Shown piece by piece: positions 48,109-57,505 of a DNA stretch of 64,000 nt (its first letter is position 1; each line of letters opens with the position of its first letter). The notes beneath the pieces were generated by a model that ran no database searches, had not been told where the DNA came from, and worked only from the letters and a program-made list of their open reading frames with translations. The translations under genes were made by a program, and so were the position numbers. The DNA comes from Candidatus Micrarchaeota archaeon (GTDB taxonomy: Archaea > Micrarchaeota > Micrarchaeia > Anstonellales > Bilamarchaeaceae): assembly GCA_040753215.1 (NCBI GenBank), contig JBFMEZ010000004.1, forward strand, positions 1 through 64,000, in the 5' to 3' direction.

Positions 48109-48993
48109 ATGTCCGACTTCGTTTCAGATTTTTTCATAAATCCCATAGCGGAGCGCACCGGCTACAACTTCGTGAATACGCTCTTCTACGCCACACTCGC
48201 AATTCTCGCCGTTTATGCCCTCTGGCTCCTTTTCAAAAAATTCAAAATCCAAATCAACAACGACTTCTTCTACGGAACGCTCTCATTCGTCCTCTTCGGC
48301 TCCACCGCCCGCGTGGTCACCGATGCGGTTGATTCCGGAGCCCTCACAGCCGCCACGCCCCTCCACCAATTCGTCCTCAGCACCGGCCTCTACCAGTACG
48401 GCTTCATAACCGTATCCCCCGGCATCTACGTTGTGGTCGCCTCCCTCCTCCTTCTTTCCATCGCCGCCCTCCACCATTTCCGCCGCATGCGATACCTCAA
48501 ATACATCGGCCTCTCCCTCTTCGCATTCCATTTCCTGCTCCTCCTCCCCTTCCTCCGGTACTGGATGCACGCGGTCCCCGTCCTCCTGATGGCCGCCATC
48601 CCGTTTGCGCTTGCCTTTTGCTATTTCCGCAATCCGTATCTCTGCGGGGATAACCGGCAGAAATCTGCGGATTCCTGCCGCCTTCCCAGCTCGCTCGTTG
48701 TCGGCGCCCAAGCGCTTGATGGCGCAGCCACCTTCTACATAATAGACGTCTTCTCCCCCATCGCCGGAATCCCCTACTTCGAGCAGCACGTAATCTCCCG
48801 CGCGGTTGGCGAATTCCTGGACACCTACCTCCTTTTCTACCTCATAAAAATCGCAATCGCCTTCGCAGCCTCCTATTTTGTGGGAAAGGAAAAGCTTTCT
48901 GATGATGAGAAGCGCTACATACTATTGATATTCATAATAATAGGGCTCGCGCCGGGATTGCGCGACCTCCTCCGCATGGTGGCAGGCACATGA
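48109..48993 (+). CDS. DUF63-family membrane protein
   Basis: 'F.NPI....GYN.VNT..Y', 'RV..D', 'SPGIY', 'A..LDG.AT', 'Y.EQH', 'GLAPG.RD..R'. Confidence 0.85.
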   Translation: MSDFVSDFFINPIAERTGYNFVNTLFYATLAILAVYALWLLFKKFKIQINNDFFYGTLSFVLFGSTARVVTDAVDSGALTAATPLHQFVLSTGLYQYGFITVSPGIYVVVASLLLLSIAALHHFRRMRYLKYIGLSLFAFHFLLLLPFLRYWMHAVPVLLMAAIPFALAFCYFRNPYLCGDNRQKSADSCRLPSSLVVGAQALDGAATFYIIDVFSPIAGIPYFEQHVISRAVGEFLDTYLLFYLIKIAIAFAASYFVGKEKLSDDEKRYILLIFIIIGLAPGLRDLLRMVAGT

Positions 48994-49031
48994 CAGTTCC
49001 CGGTTTCCTGTTTCCGGTTTCCGGTTGTGGC

Positions 49032-49486
49032 CAGGGTGTTGCAAATTTAAAACCGATGCCAATTAGTTGTTGTCTCCAGGTCTTGCAGTTGTCTCCATGT
49101 CTTGCATGGTCTCCAGGTCTTGCAGTTGTCTCCAGGTCTTGCAGTTGTCTCCAGGTCTTGCATGGTCTCCATGTCTTGCATGGTCTTCAGGTCTTGCATG
49201 GTCTCCAGGTCTTGCAGTTGTCTCCAGGTCTTGCATGGTCTTCGGGTCTTGTGTGACTTTCAGGACCCTCAGGACAACTCAAGACCTCACCAGACTCCAA
49301 GACCCCAAGACTAGGAGACCACAGAGATTATTAAAGCCGATGCCCATCAGTGGTTGTCTCCAAGTCTTGCATGGTCTTCGGGTCTTGTGTGACTTTCAGG
49401 ACCCTCAGGACAACTCAAGACCTCACCAGACTCCAAGACCTGGAGACCACAGGGATTATGCCGCATCCGTAATCTGCAACAGGCTA
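49032..49486 (+). mobile_element. MITE-like element copy A with internal 18/19-bp tandem array and a duplicated internal module
   Basis: Terminal inverted repeats GGGTGTTGCAAATT / AATCTGCAACAGGC; about 9-10 units GTCTCCAGGTCTTGCA(TG/GTT); no credible ORF; inverted homologue at 59825-60145. Confidence 0.75.
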
Positions 49487-49619
49487 CAACCTTGATGCGG
49501 AGGGGACGGTAATAAGCGCATACCATAATGTGCCTACGCGGGTTTATGAGGACGGGAGGTCGGAAGTGGTGCGGCCCTGACCACCTTACCTTTTTATATA
49601 TTATCCCCGAAACCCGGGC

Positions 49620-50588
49620 ATGGCTGAGCGCTATGCTATAGACATACAAAAAGTGAGGGGAATACAGTCCGCGATAAGCAGGGCTATTTTTGCGGGAAAG
49701 AAGGGCGCGCTCATCGGCCATTACGCGGGGCTTGTGAAAATAGGGAAGGAAACCCTGGCGATGCACACGGACGGGGTGGGAACCAAAGTATTGGTGGCGC
49801 AGGCGCTCGGGAAATACGATACTGTGGGGATAGACGCGATAGCGATGAATGTGAACGATATAATATGCGTGGGGGCGAGGCCGCTCGCGGGCGTGGATTA
49901 CCTCGCGGTTGCGGAAGAGGACGAGTATTTGATTTCGGAGATAATGAAAGGATTGGTCGCAGGGGCGGAGGAGAGCGGGATAGACATCGTGGGCGGGGAG
50001 ACCGCGGTGATGAGGGACGTGATTAAGGGAGGGGAGAAGCCCTTCGACCTTGCATTTACGGTCATCGGGAAGGTGGAGAGATTTACCACAGGGGAGAGGA
50101 TTAGGAAAGGGGACATGCTCATAGGGCTGGAAAGCTCCGGGCTGCACTCGAACGGGTATTCGCTTGCGAGAAAAGCCCTGGATGCGGGGAAGTGGGGGGA
50201 GGAGATGCTTATTCCTACCAAAATTTATGTGAAGCCGGTGATGGAGATGCTGCATGCCTGTGAAGTGCACGGGCTTGCGCACATAACCGGGGGGGCGTTT
50301 TCAAAGCTGATGAGGCTGAACAGGAAATACGGGTTCCTGATCGATGCGCCGATGAAGCCCGGGAGAATCTTCATGGAGCTGTGGAGGCACGTGGAAGATG
50401 AAGTGGAGATGTACAGGACTTTCAACATGGGGACCGGGATGGTTGTGGTTGCTCCGGAAAGAGAAGAAGGGAAAATAATCGGGATCATGAAAAGGCACGG
50501 GATTGGCGCGCAGGTGGTCGGGAGGGTTACGGATACTCCGGGAGTCTATCTGGGGAAAGTCAGGCTGGATTATGAGGGAGTTGGATGA
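49620..50588 (+). CDS. purM: Phosphoribosylformylglycinamidine cyclo-ligase (AIR synthetase)
   Basis: 'TDGVGTK', 'AMNVND', 'GGETA', 'SSGLHSNGYSLAR', 'AHITGG', 'TFNMG.G'. Confidence 0.95.
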   Translation: MAERYAIDIQKVRGIQSAISRAIFAGKKGALIGHYAGLVKIGKETLAMHTDGVGTKVLVAQALGKYDTVGIDAIAMNVNDIICVGARPLAGVDYLAVAEEDEYLISEIMKGLVAGAEESGIDIVGGETAVMRDVIKGGEKPFDLAFTVIGKVERFTTGERIRKGDMLIGLESSGLHSNGYSLARKALDAGKWGEEMLIPTKIYVKPVMEMLHACEVHGLAHITGGAFSKLMRLNRKYGFLIDAPMKPGRIFMELWRHVEDEVEMYRTFNMGTGMVVVAPEREEGKIIGIMKRHGIGAQVVGRVTDTPGVYLGKVRLDYEGVG

Positions 50589-50679
50589 TGATAATGCGGG
50601 GGGTTATGATTACCCTAAAGAGAGGGGGGCGCTCTCCCTTCCTCTTGTGGAAACGGGAAACTGAAAACTGGTGACTGAT

Positions 50680-51609
50680 ATGAACAGGGTGGATAAATTA
50701 TTGAAGGATATTAGGGATTTGAAGGTGCAGGGGGCGAGGAACGTCGCGAAGGCGGGAATCCGCGCGGTGGTCTGGACTGTGGAGGACTCAAGGGCGAAAA
50801 CCCGCGAGCAGCTGCGCAGGGAATTGCTTGAAGCGGTGAAAAAGATAATGCACGTGAGGCCGACCGAGCCGATGCTCAGGAACATGGTGAGGGAGGCCGT
50901 GCAGTTCGCTGCTTCGGAGATCGCGAGCAGCCCATATGCATCCATCCCCGAACTGAAAAGGAGGATTGCAAAGGACGAGGAGAAGTACCTCGCGAGGCTG
51001 GAGGCGGCGATTGCGAACATCGCCGAGTTCGGCGCGATGCTCATTCCGGATGAGGCGCGGGTGGTCACGCACTGCCATTCCAGCACGGTAACCGCGATAC
51101 TGAAGCAGGCGCATTCTGACGGGAAGGATGTGAGGGCGGTGTGCTGCGAGACCAGGCCCAGGTACCAGGGAAGGATTACAGCGGAGGAGCTGGCGAGGGC
51201 CGGGATAGATGTGACGCTAACTGTGGATATGGGGGTGAACAGGTTCATGAAGAAGGCCGACCTTGTGCTGGTGGGCGCGGACGCGATTACGGCGATGGGG
51301 GACCTGATAAACAAGGTGGGGACCTCCGTGGTTGCGAGGCTTGCGAGGATGAATGACGTTTCGTTCTATTCCGCTGCGGAACTGTACAAGTACGACCCGC
51401 TCACGATTTATGGGGCGCGGGAGAAGATTGAGGAAAGGGACCCTGCGGAGGTGTGGGAGAGGCCGCCGAAGGGAGTGAAGGTTTCCAACCCCGCGTTCGA
51501 TGCTACTGCCGCAAGGTACATCAACGGGTACGTGACAGATGCGGGGGTTGTGCCGCCGCAGGCATTGTGGAGCATAGCGATGAAGAAGCTCGGGAGGGAA
51601 ATAGTATGA
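50680..51609 (+). CDS. Ribose-1,5-bisphosphate isomerase (eIF2B-like)
   Basis: 'VQGA', 'RPTEP', 'THCHSSTV', 'ETRPRYQG', 'GADAIT..G..INKVGT', 'NPAFD'; adjacent to AMP phosphorylase. Confidence 0.88.
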   Translation: MNRVDKLLKDIRDLKVQGARNVAKAGIRAVVWTVEDSRAKTREQLRRELLEAVKKIMHVRPTEPMLRNMVREAVQFAASEIASSPYASIPELKRRIAKDEEKYLARLEAAIANIAEFGAMLIPDEARVVTHCHSSTVTAILKQAHSDGKDVRAVCCETRPRYQGRITAEELARAGIDVTLTVDMGVNRFMKKADLVLVGADAITAMGDLINKVGTSVVARLARMNDVSFYSAAELYKYDPLTIYGAREKIEERDPAEVWERPPKGVKVSNPAFDATAARYINGYVTDAGVVPPQALWSIAMKKLGREIV

Positions 51610-53246
51610 TTGGCTTGTTTGGGAAGGGAAAGGAAAGCAAGGTGGAGAAGGCGAGGGCAGCGAAAGGCAACCAGCACATATTCAGCAAGGAGGAAGAGGA
51701 GAAGAGGAAAAAGAAGGAGGAGCTCTGGGAGAAGAAGAAGTACATAGTGCAGGCGCGCGTGATAGACATCACCACCGGGAGGCACATAGTTGTGCTGAAC
51801 GAGGAGGAGGCGGTGGAGAATGACATCTACCAGGGGTACAGGGTGGATTTGAAAACCACGGGCGGGGAGCTCGTGTGCATAGTGGACCTGAGCAGGGAAA
51901 TGGTGAAGAGGGGGGAGGTGGGGGTTTTCGGCGATGTGGCGCGTGCGCTGAAGATGGAGGAAGGGGACATAGTGCAGATAGCCAAGATGGAGAGGCCCGC
52001 GAGCGTTGAGTACATAAAAAAGAAGCTGGACGGGGAGAGCCTGGAGGACCTGCAGATACATACTATAATAGACGACCTCATGGACAACAGGCTGAGCGAG
52101 GCGGAGCTGGCCTCGTGGATTACCGCGACATACATAAACGGGATGAGCGAGGAGGAGGTGGTTTCGCTCACCAATTCCATCGTTGGTTCGGGGAGCACGC
52201 TCGACTTAAAAGTGTCGCCAATTGCGGATAAACACTGTGTGGGCGGAGTTGCGGGAAACAGGACTACTATGGTGCTTGTGCCGATACTTGCGGCAGCAGG
52301 AATCTACATACCGAAAACATCTTCCCGTGCAATCACCTCCGCGGCCGGGACCGCGGACACGATGGAGGTGCTCGCGCCGGTGGATTTCAGCGTGGAGGAG
52401 ATGAAGAGGGTCGTGCTCAAGACGCGCGGGGCGATTGCCTGGGGGGGCGGGATGAACCTTGCATCCGCGGACGACAGGCTGATAAAGATAAGGAACCCGC
52501 TTGCGCTGGACCCGAGGGGGATGCTGCTCGCGAGCATACTCGCGAAGAAGAAGAGCGTGGGCGCGCAGTACGTGGTTGTGGATTTGCCGCTGGGGAGAGG
52601 GGTCAAGGTCGCGAACATGGATGATGCGGAAAGGCTCGGCGCGGACTTCATCAAGCTGGGGAAGAGGCTGGACATGGTGATCGAGGGGCTCATCACCGAG
52701 GGCTCGGAGCCGGTGGGGAACGGGATAGGGCCTGCGCTGGAGGTGAAGGATGTGATGCAGGTGCTGCAGGGGCAGGGGCCAGCGGACCTCAGGTCCAAGA
52801 GCGCGCTGCTTGCCGGCAAACTGTTCGAGCTGATAGGGAAGGTTAAGGAGGGAGAGGGCTACGACACGGCGATGACATTCCTGCAGAACGGCAAGGCGTG
52901 GGAGAAGATGAAGGAGATAATCGCGGAGCAGGGAGGGGACCCGAAGGTGAGGGAGTCGGACCTCCCCATCGGGCAGTATAAGCATACCGTGAAGGCGGAC
53001 AGGGAGGGCAAGATAAGCCACATAGACAACAAGAGGATTTCCAAGATTGCGCGCGCGGCAGGCGCCCCCAAAAACAGGGGGGCGGGGGTTTATCTTTACA
53101 GGCTGAAGGGGGACAGGGTCAAGCCCGGGGACCTGCTGTTCGACATTTATGCGGAAACAGAATCCTCGCTGGATTACGCTATAAAGGCCCTGGATGTGTG
53201 GTACCCGATCGAGCTGGAGAAGATGCTGCTCGGGACGCTGAGATGA
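51606..53246 (+). CDS. AMP phosphorylase
   Basis: N-terminal beta-barrel extension; 'DKHCVGGVAGNRTT', 'PKTSSRAITSAAGTAD', 'GIGPALE'. Confidence 0.92.
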   Translation: MIGLFGKGKESKVEKARAAKGNQHIFSKEEEEKRKKKEELWEKKKYIVQARVIDITTGRHIVVLNEEEAVENDIYQGYRVDLKTTGGELVCIVDLSREMVKRGEVGVFGDVARALKMEEGDIVQIAKMERPASVEYIKKKLDGESLEDLQIHTIIDDLMDNRLSEAELASWITATYINGMSEEEVVSLTNSIVGSGSTLDLKVSPIADKHCVGGVAGNRTTMVLVPILAAAGIYIPKTSSRAITSAAGTADTMEVLAPVDFSVEEMKRVVLKTRGAIAWGGGMNLASADDRLIKIRNPLALDPRGMLLASILAKKKSVGAQYVVVDLPLGRGVKVANMDDAERLGADFIKLGKRLDMVIEGLITEGSEPVGNGIGPALEVKDVMQVLQGQGPADLRSKSALLAGKLFELIGKVKEGEGYDTAMTFLQNGKAWEKMKEIIAEQGGDPKVRESDLPIGQYKHTVKADREGKISHIDNKRISKIARAAGAPKNRGAGVYLYRLKGDRVKPGDLLFDIYAETESSLDYAIKALDVWYPIELEKMLLGTLR

Positions 53247-53284
53247 GCACGAGACTGGGAACCGGAAACCGGTAACTCAAACCG

Positions 53285-53337
53285 TGAACCAGACCTCCGC
53301 TCTTCCTGCCCTTCCGTTGCTCTGGAGGTTTGGTTCA
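53285..53337. repeat. Palindromic element family 2, intergenic copy
   Basis: TGAACCAGACCTCC / GGAGGTTTGGTTCA with 25-nt loop, preceded by heptamer repeats. Confidence 0.85.
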
Positions 53338-53408
53338 GTGAAGCCATGGGAAAAAAGGGAAACGAAAGGGCGGCTTCACGGTTTGACAGGAAACCACCGA
53401 GGTATGCA

Positions 53409-54209
53409 ATGAATATAGAGACGGTAATCCTTGACATGGACGGCGTTGTGTTCAGGGGGCAGAGCGCGATTCCCGGGGCGCGGGAAGCGGTTGACGCGAT
53501 GGAGCGGGAGGGGCTGGGGGTATTCTTCCTCACAAACAACGGGTCCCGCACAAGGAAGCATTTCCTCGGGAAACTGCTTTCCGCGGGAATAAGGACAAGC
53601 GAGGAAAAGGTCTATTCCACCAGCTACGGCGCGGTGAAATACATAGAGGAGAATTTCCCGGGGAAGAGCGTGTACGTGATTAACGAGATGGCGAGGGACG
53701 AGTTTCTTGAGGCGGGGCTTGCATGCGAAGAGAGCGAGAAAGCGGAAGTGGTGGTTGCGGGGCTGGACAGGAAACTGACTTATGAGAAGCTTGCGCTTGC
53801 ATTCAGGGCGATTGTGAACGGTGCGGAGTTCATCGCAACAAACGAGGACCCCTCTTATCCGGTGGAGGACGGGCTGCTTCCGGGCGCGGGGGCGATAGTC
53901 GCCGCGCTCGCATACTCAACCGGCAGGAAGCCCATTGTGGTAGGGAAGCCGGAGCCGTATATGCTGGACCTGATTGTGAGGGAGCACGGGCTGGAGAAAG
54001 GGAAAGCGCTAATGGTTGGGGACAAGCTGGAGACGGACATACTCATGGCGAAGGAGGAGGGGATGGTGAGCGCGCTCGTGCTCACCGGAGTAACTTCCCG
54101 TGCGGAAGCGATGCAGGGGAGGATTAAGCCGGATTTTGTTTTGGATTCCATAAGGGAGATTCCAGGGATGATAAGGAATCTGGAGGCTACTCGACGGTCA
54201 CAGATTTAG
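53409..54209 (+). CDS. HAD-IIA (NagD-like) phosphatase
   Basis: 'DMDGV', 'LTNN', 'TNED', 'GKP', 'GDKLETDI'. Confidence 0.9.
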   Translation: MNIETVILDMDGVVFRGQSAIPGAREAVDAMEREGLGVFFLTNNGSRTRKHFLGKLLSAGIRTSEEKVYSTSYGAVKYIEENFPGKSVYVINEMARDEFLEAGLACEESEKAEVVVAGLDRKLTYEKLALAFRAIVNGAEFIATNEDPSYPVEDGLLPGAGAIVAALAYSTGRKPIVVGKPEPYMLDLIVREHGLEKGKALMVGDKLETDILMAKEEGMVSALVLTGVTSRAEAMQGRIKPDFVLDSIREIPGMIRNLEATRRSQI

Positions 54210-57200
54210 CCAGGTGCCTCGGGCGGTCCGGGTTTATGCCTGCGCCCACGCTCGCATGGTAGGCGAGGAGCTGGAGCGGGGCAACCAACGCGAAGGGGCA
54301 GAAGAGCGGGTCGGTTTTCGGGATGGCTATCGAAACATCGGATTCCTCCGCGATTTCCCTGCTATCGGTGAGGGAGATTACGAAGCCGCCCCTTGCCCTC
54401 ACTTCTTTTATGTTCCCGAGCATCTTGTATACGCTCTCGTCATCCGGGGCGAGGGCGATGACCGGGACCCCCTCCTCAATCAGGGAAAGGGGGCCGTGCT
54501 TCAGCTCCCCCCCGGGATACGCTTCCGCGTGCCTGTAGGAGATTTCCTTGAATTTGAGGGCCCCCTCCATCGCAATCGGGAGCGAGAGGCCCCTGCCGAG
54601 GAAGAAGAGGTTCTGCCTTCCCTTCAGCTTTTCAGCCATTCTCCTTATTTCTTCCTCCTTGCCGAGCGAGGAGCTTATCAGCCCGGGGATTCCGGAGAAG
54701 TCCCAGCCGGGGAAAAGGAGCTTGTATATGACTGCCAGCTGGGAGGTGAAGGTCTTTGTGGCCGCAACCGAGACCTCAGGCCCGGAATTGAGGTAGACTA
54801 CCTCGTCCGCGATGCGGGTGATGGAGGAGCCGACCACATTTGTGAGGGCGAGTATCCTTGCCCCTTCCTTCTTTGCGTATTCAAGCGCCCTCATCGTGTC
54901 TGCGGTTTCCCCGGACTGGGAGATTGCGATTGCCAGGGTTTCGCTGTCGGGGTTTGCGACGAACGGGTATTCCGAGGCGATTATCGCATCGCAGCCCTTC
55001 CCGAGGCATTTCTGGGAGAGGTGCCTGAACACCAAAGCCGCATGGTGGGAGGTGCCGCAGGCGGTTATGTGGAGTTTCTTGAACCGGGACAGGAGGGAGT
55101 GGGCCCTGGAAACATCGGTTGCGAGCGAATCAGTGACGCAATGCTTTTGTTCGTATATCTCCTTGAGCATGAAATGGGGGCGGCCGCCCTTTTCCGCCAT
55201 CTCCGCGGACCAGTTTACTGTCATCGGCTTCTTCTGTATTTCGTTTCCTTCCAAAGAATAGAATTTTATGGACTCCGGCCTCAGGATTGCGGCTTCAAGC
55301 TCGCCGAGCGGCACGAAGGTTTTCGTATGCGCGAGCATCGCGGTCATGTCCGAGGCGGCGAAGCTCCCGTCTTTCCCGAATCCGATTACAAGCGGGCTGT
55401 TCTTCCTCGCCGCGTAGAGTTTTCTCTCGCCCTGCGAGAGGAGGGCGATTGCGAACGAGCCTTTCAGCTTTTTCAGGGAGGAAAGGAATGCGGAGAAGGT
55501 GTCTTTTCCGTCCTTCTTCTCTTCCTCCGCGAGATGGGCGAAGACTTCCGAATCGGTTTCGGACGAGAACCTGTGGCCCTTCTTTTTCAGCTCTTCGCGC
55601 AGTTCCCGGTAATTTTCTATCACCCCATTATGCACTATTGCGATTTTCCCTGTGCAGTCCGTGTGCGGGTGGGCATTCGCCATGGAGGGTGCGCCGTGGG
55701 TTGCCCAGCGGGAATTGTGGCTCACTAAACCGTTTGCAATAAAGTTCTCTGTTCCTGGAACGCTGATATCGTACACTTTCTCGGTATCGCTTGCAAACTT
55801 CCTTATTTCGCTAATTGGCTGGGAGATAACGTCGCTCTCTAAAAATCTGGAAAGCGCCCGGAATGCCTCCGAATCCTCTTCCAGCTCATCCATAAACTGC
55901 AGAACGCCCATTTCTGTAAAGAAAGCGTCCTTTGGCCGCAAAGAGCGGCTCTTAATCTCAAAAACCGAAGAAATCTCGCCTTTGGTGAGAGGAACCGACT
56001 TGTATGAGAAGGAAATGCCTGGTCTTAGGGAAGACAGGATTGTTTTTGCTTTTTCCTGTTTTTCACAGCTGGTAAAACCTATGGACTTCATGAAAGCAGA
56101 GATGCCGTTGAAATTGCTGATTTGCAGCCTGTAGGATGGACCCCATTTGGTAGGATTAACCGAGAATGATGCAACTATCCCAAACCTAAGAAGTAGGATT
56201 TGTACGGTACGGATTATTTGCTGGTTTCTCATACTTATCATTATCTGTCGCGAACGCATGCCGCAAGCAGCTTCGGCATCAAATAAGCCGCGCAAAAGTC
56301 CTGCGATTTCATTTTTACTGGTTTTGCCCAAGAATACTGGAATCGATTTCTTCTCCCAAGGCATGCAAATCTCCGGAAAATTTTCCCTTAGCCAGTCGCA
56401 AACAAATTTGCTGTTCATCTCCAGCATGTAGGCATTTGCTTCAGGGAGTTTAACTATTCTGCTCTTAAGGTTAAATAGGCTCTTGGCTAACGCCGCATAA
56501 CTTTCAAGAATATCTTTCCTTGCATCCTTGAAGCGGATGCATCTCTTTTTCACATTTCCATCCCCTATGAGATAGCCGAGGAACTGCAAAAGCTCCATGC
56601 TTGTTTTTTCTGGAAGGGTTATGTCCTTACCGTGTATTGAATAAACAGGCTTAAACCTGCCTCTGCTTATTCCTGTGGATGAACAGATCTTTTCAAGAAA
56701 AGCTTCCTCCAGGTTTCTGTCCATATTTATGAAGTGTGCCAATATGGATTCATCTAACCCTGATGAAGCGGCAAACTCCCTGCGGGCCATCCCATTCTTC
56801 TTCAGAAACGCCTTAAAATCGTCCACAACATCCCGGCCGTAGGAATAGTAGCGCTTTGCGGGGACACTTCTGAGCGGCTGCAGTGAGCCATCTAAATCTA
56901 TTCTCTTTGCGCATACCATAAGGTCGCCGGTCTTGAGGTCCTTTGCTTTCTTATCAATTATTTTTTGATCCTCAAAAACAAACATCCGGTGCTCTCCAGT
57001 GCAAATGATTGAATTGACCGGAGTCTTTATCTCATAAAGTTCTGCAGGGCTCCTGTGCTCCAAAAAGCTGCAATTCTGCTTCTTGAAATGGAGCGAACCG
57101 AAATCTAAGGTGCAGACCTCATCGTTTTCTGCGATGTCCTTTATTTTGCATACCCTTCCGTCAGATAACTGCACGTATGTATCTGGATGGAGGCAGTGGC

Positions 57201-57408
57201 CTATCGCCGTTATTCCATCAAGCGAAGTGAATTGCTGGGATGCGGATACTTCATCCACCATCCCCTTGTCCTTGCGTATGGTTATTCCCTGCGGGGTATC
57301 AACTGCAATGCCTACAGAATCATATCCGCGGTATTCTAAGGTCCGGAGGCCGTTATTTATTATTTCGGAAGCCTTCCTGTTTCCCACATAGCCGATTATC
57401 CCGCACAT
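54187..57408 (-). CDS. glmS: Glutamine-fructose-6-phosphate aminotransferase, intein-containing
   Basis: 'MCGI', 'EYRGYDS', 'IGH|intein|SRWATHG', 'HNG.IEN', 'SQSGETAD', 'KHGP', 'LAKSVTVE'. Confidence 0.97.
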   Translation of the reverse strand: MCGIIGYVGNRKASEIINNGLRTLEYRGYDSVGIAVDTPQGITIRKDKGMVDEVSASQQFTSLDGITAIGHCLHPDTYVQLSDGRVCKIKDIAENDEVCTLDFGSLHFKKQNCSFLEHRSPAELYEIKTPVNSIICTGEHRMFVFEDQKIIDKKAKDLKTGDLMVCAKRIDLDGSLQPLRSVPAKRYYSYGRDVVDDFKAFLKKNGMARREFAASSGLDESILAHFINMDRNLEEAFLEKICSSTGISRGRFKPVYSIHGKDITLPEKTSMELLQFLGYLIGDGNVKKRCIRFKDARKDILESYAALAKSLFNLKSRIVKLPEANAYMLEMNSKFVCDWLRENFPEICMPWEKKSIPVFLGKTSKNEIAGLLRGLFDAEAACGMRSRQIMISMRNQQIIRTVQILLLRFGIVASFSVNPTKWGPSYRLQISNFNGISAFMKSIGFTSCEKQEKAKTILSSLRPGISFSYKSVPLTKGEISSVFEIKSRSLRPKDAFFTEMGVLQFMDELEEDSEAFRALSRFLESDVISQPISEIRKFASDTEKVYDISVPGTENFIANGLVSHNSRWATHGAPSMANAHPHTDCTGKIAIVHNGVIENYRELREELKKKGHRFSSETDSEVFAHLAEEEKKDGKDTFSAFLSSLKKLKGSFAIALLSQGERKLYAARKNSPLVIGFGKDGSFAASDMTAMLAHTKTFVPLGELEAAILRPESIKFYSLEGNEIQKKPMTVNWSAEMAEKGGRPHFMLKEIYEQKHCVTDSLATDVSRAHSLLSRFKKLHITACGTSHHAALVFRHLSQKCLGKGCDAIIASEYPFVANPDSETLAIAISQSGETADTMRALEYAKKEGARILALTNVVGSSITRIADEVVYLNSGPEVSVAATKTFTSQLAVIYKLLFPGWDFSGIPGLISSSLGKEEEIRRMAEKLKGRQNLFFLGRGLSLPIAMEGALKFKEISYRHAEAYPGGELKHGPLSLIEEGVPVIALAPDDESVYKMLGNIKEVRARGGFVISLTDSREIAEESDVSIAIPKTDPLFCPFALVAPLQLLAYHASVGAGINPDRPRHLAKSVTVE
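55714..57195 (-). mobile_element. Intein (494 aa) with LAGLIDADG homing endonuclease
   Basis: Starts 'CLHPDT', block B 'TGEHRM', LAGLIDADG-like 'LGYLIGDG' and 'LRGLFDAEA', ends 'VYDISV..TENFIANGLVSHN' followed by Ser; more AT-rich than exteins. Confidence 0.95.
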
Positions 57409-57505
57409 ACAAACACCAGAACGTTAAGCAGGTGGAACAAAGCCTTTTTAATACTACTATTGAAAAAACTTTAATAGTATGTAAAAAAATTTGATAGTGG
57501 TATGC

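Noticed and set aside
49067..49260. CRISPR array (also 59945-60100)
   Set aside because: Units are contiguous 18/19-mers with no unique spacers, and there are no cas genes in the window
49500..49615. Purine/ZTP riboswitch upstream of purM
   Set aside because: No recognisable consensus, and a TATA-like TTTTTATATA about 25 nt before the ATG suggests a leaderless transcript
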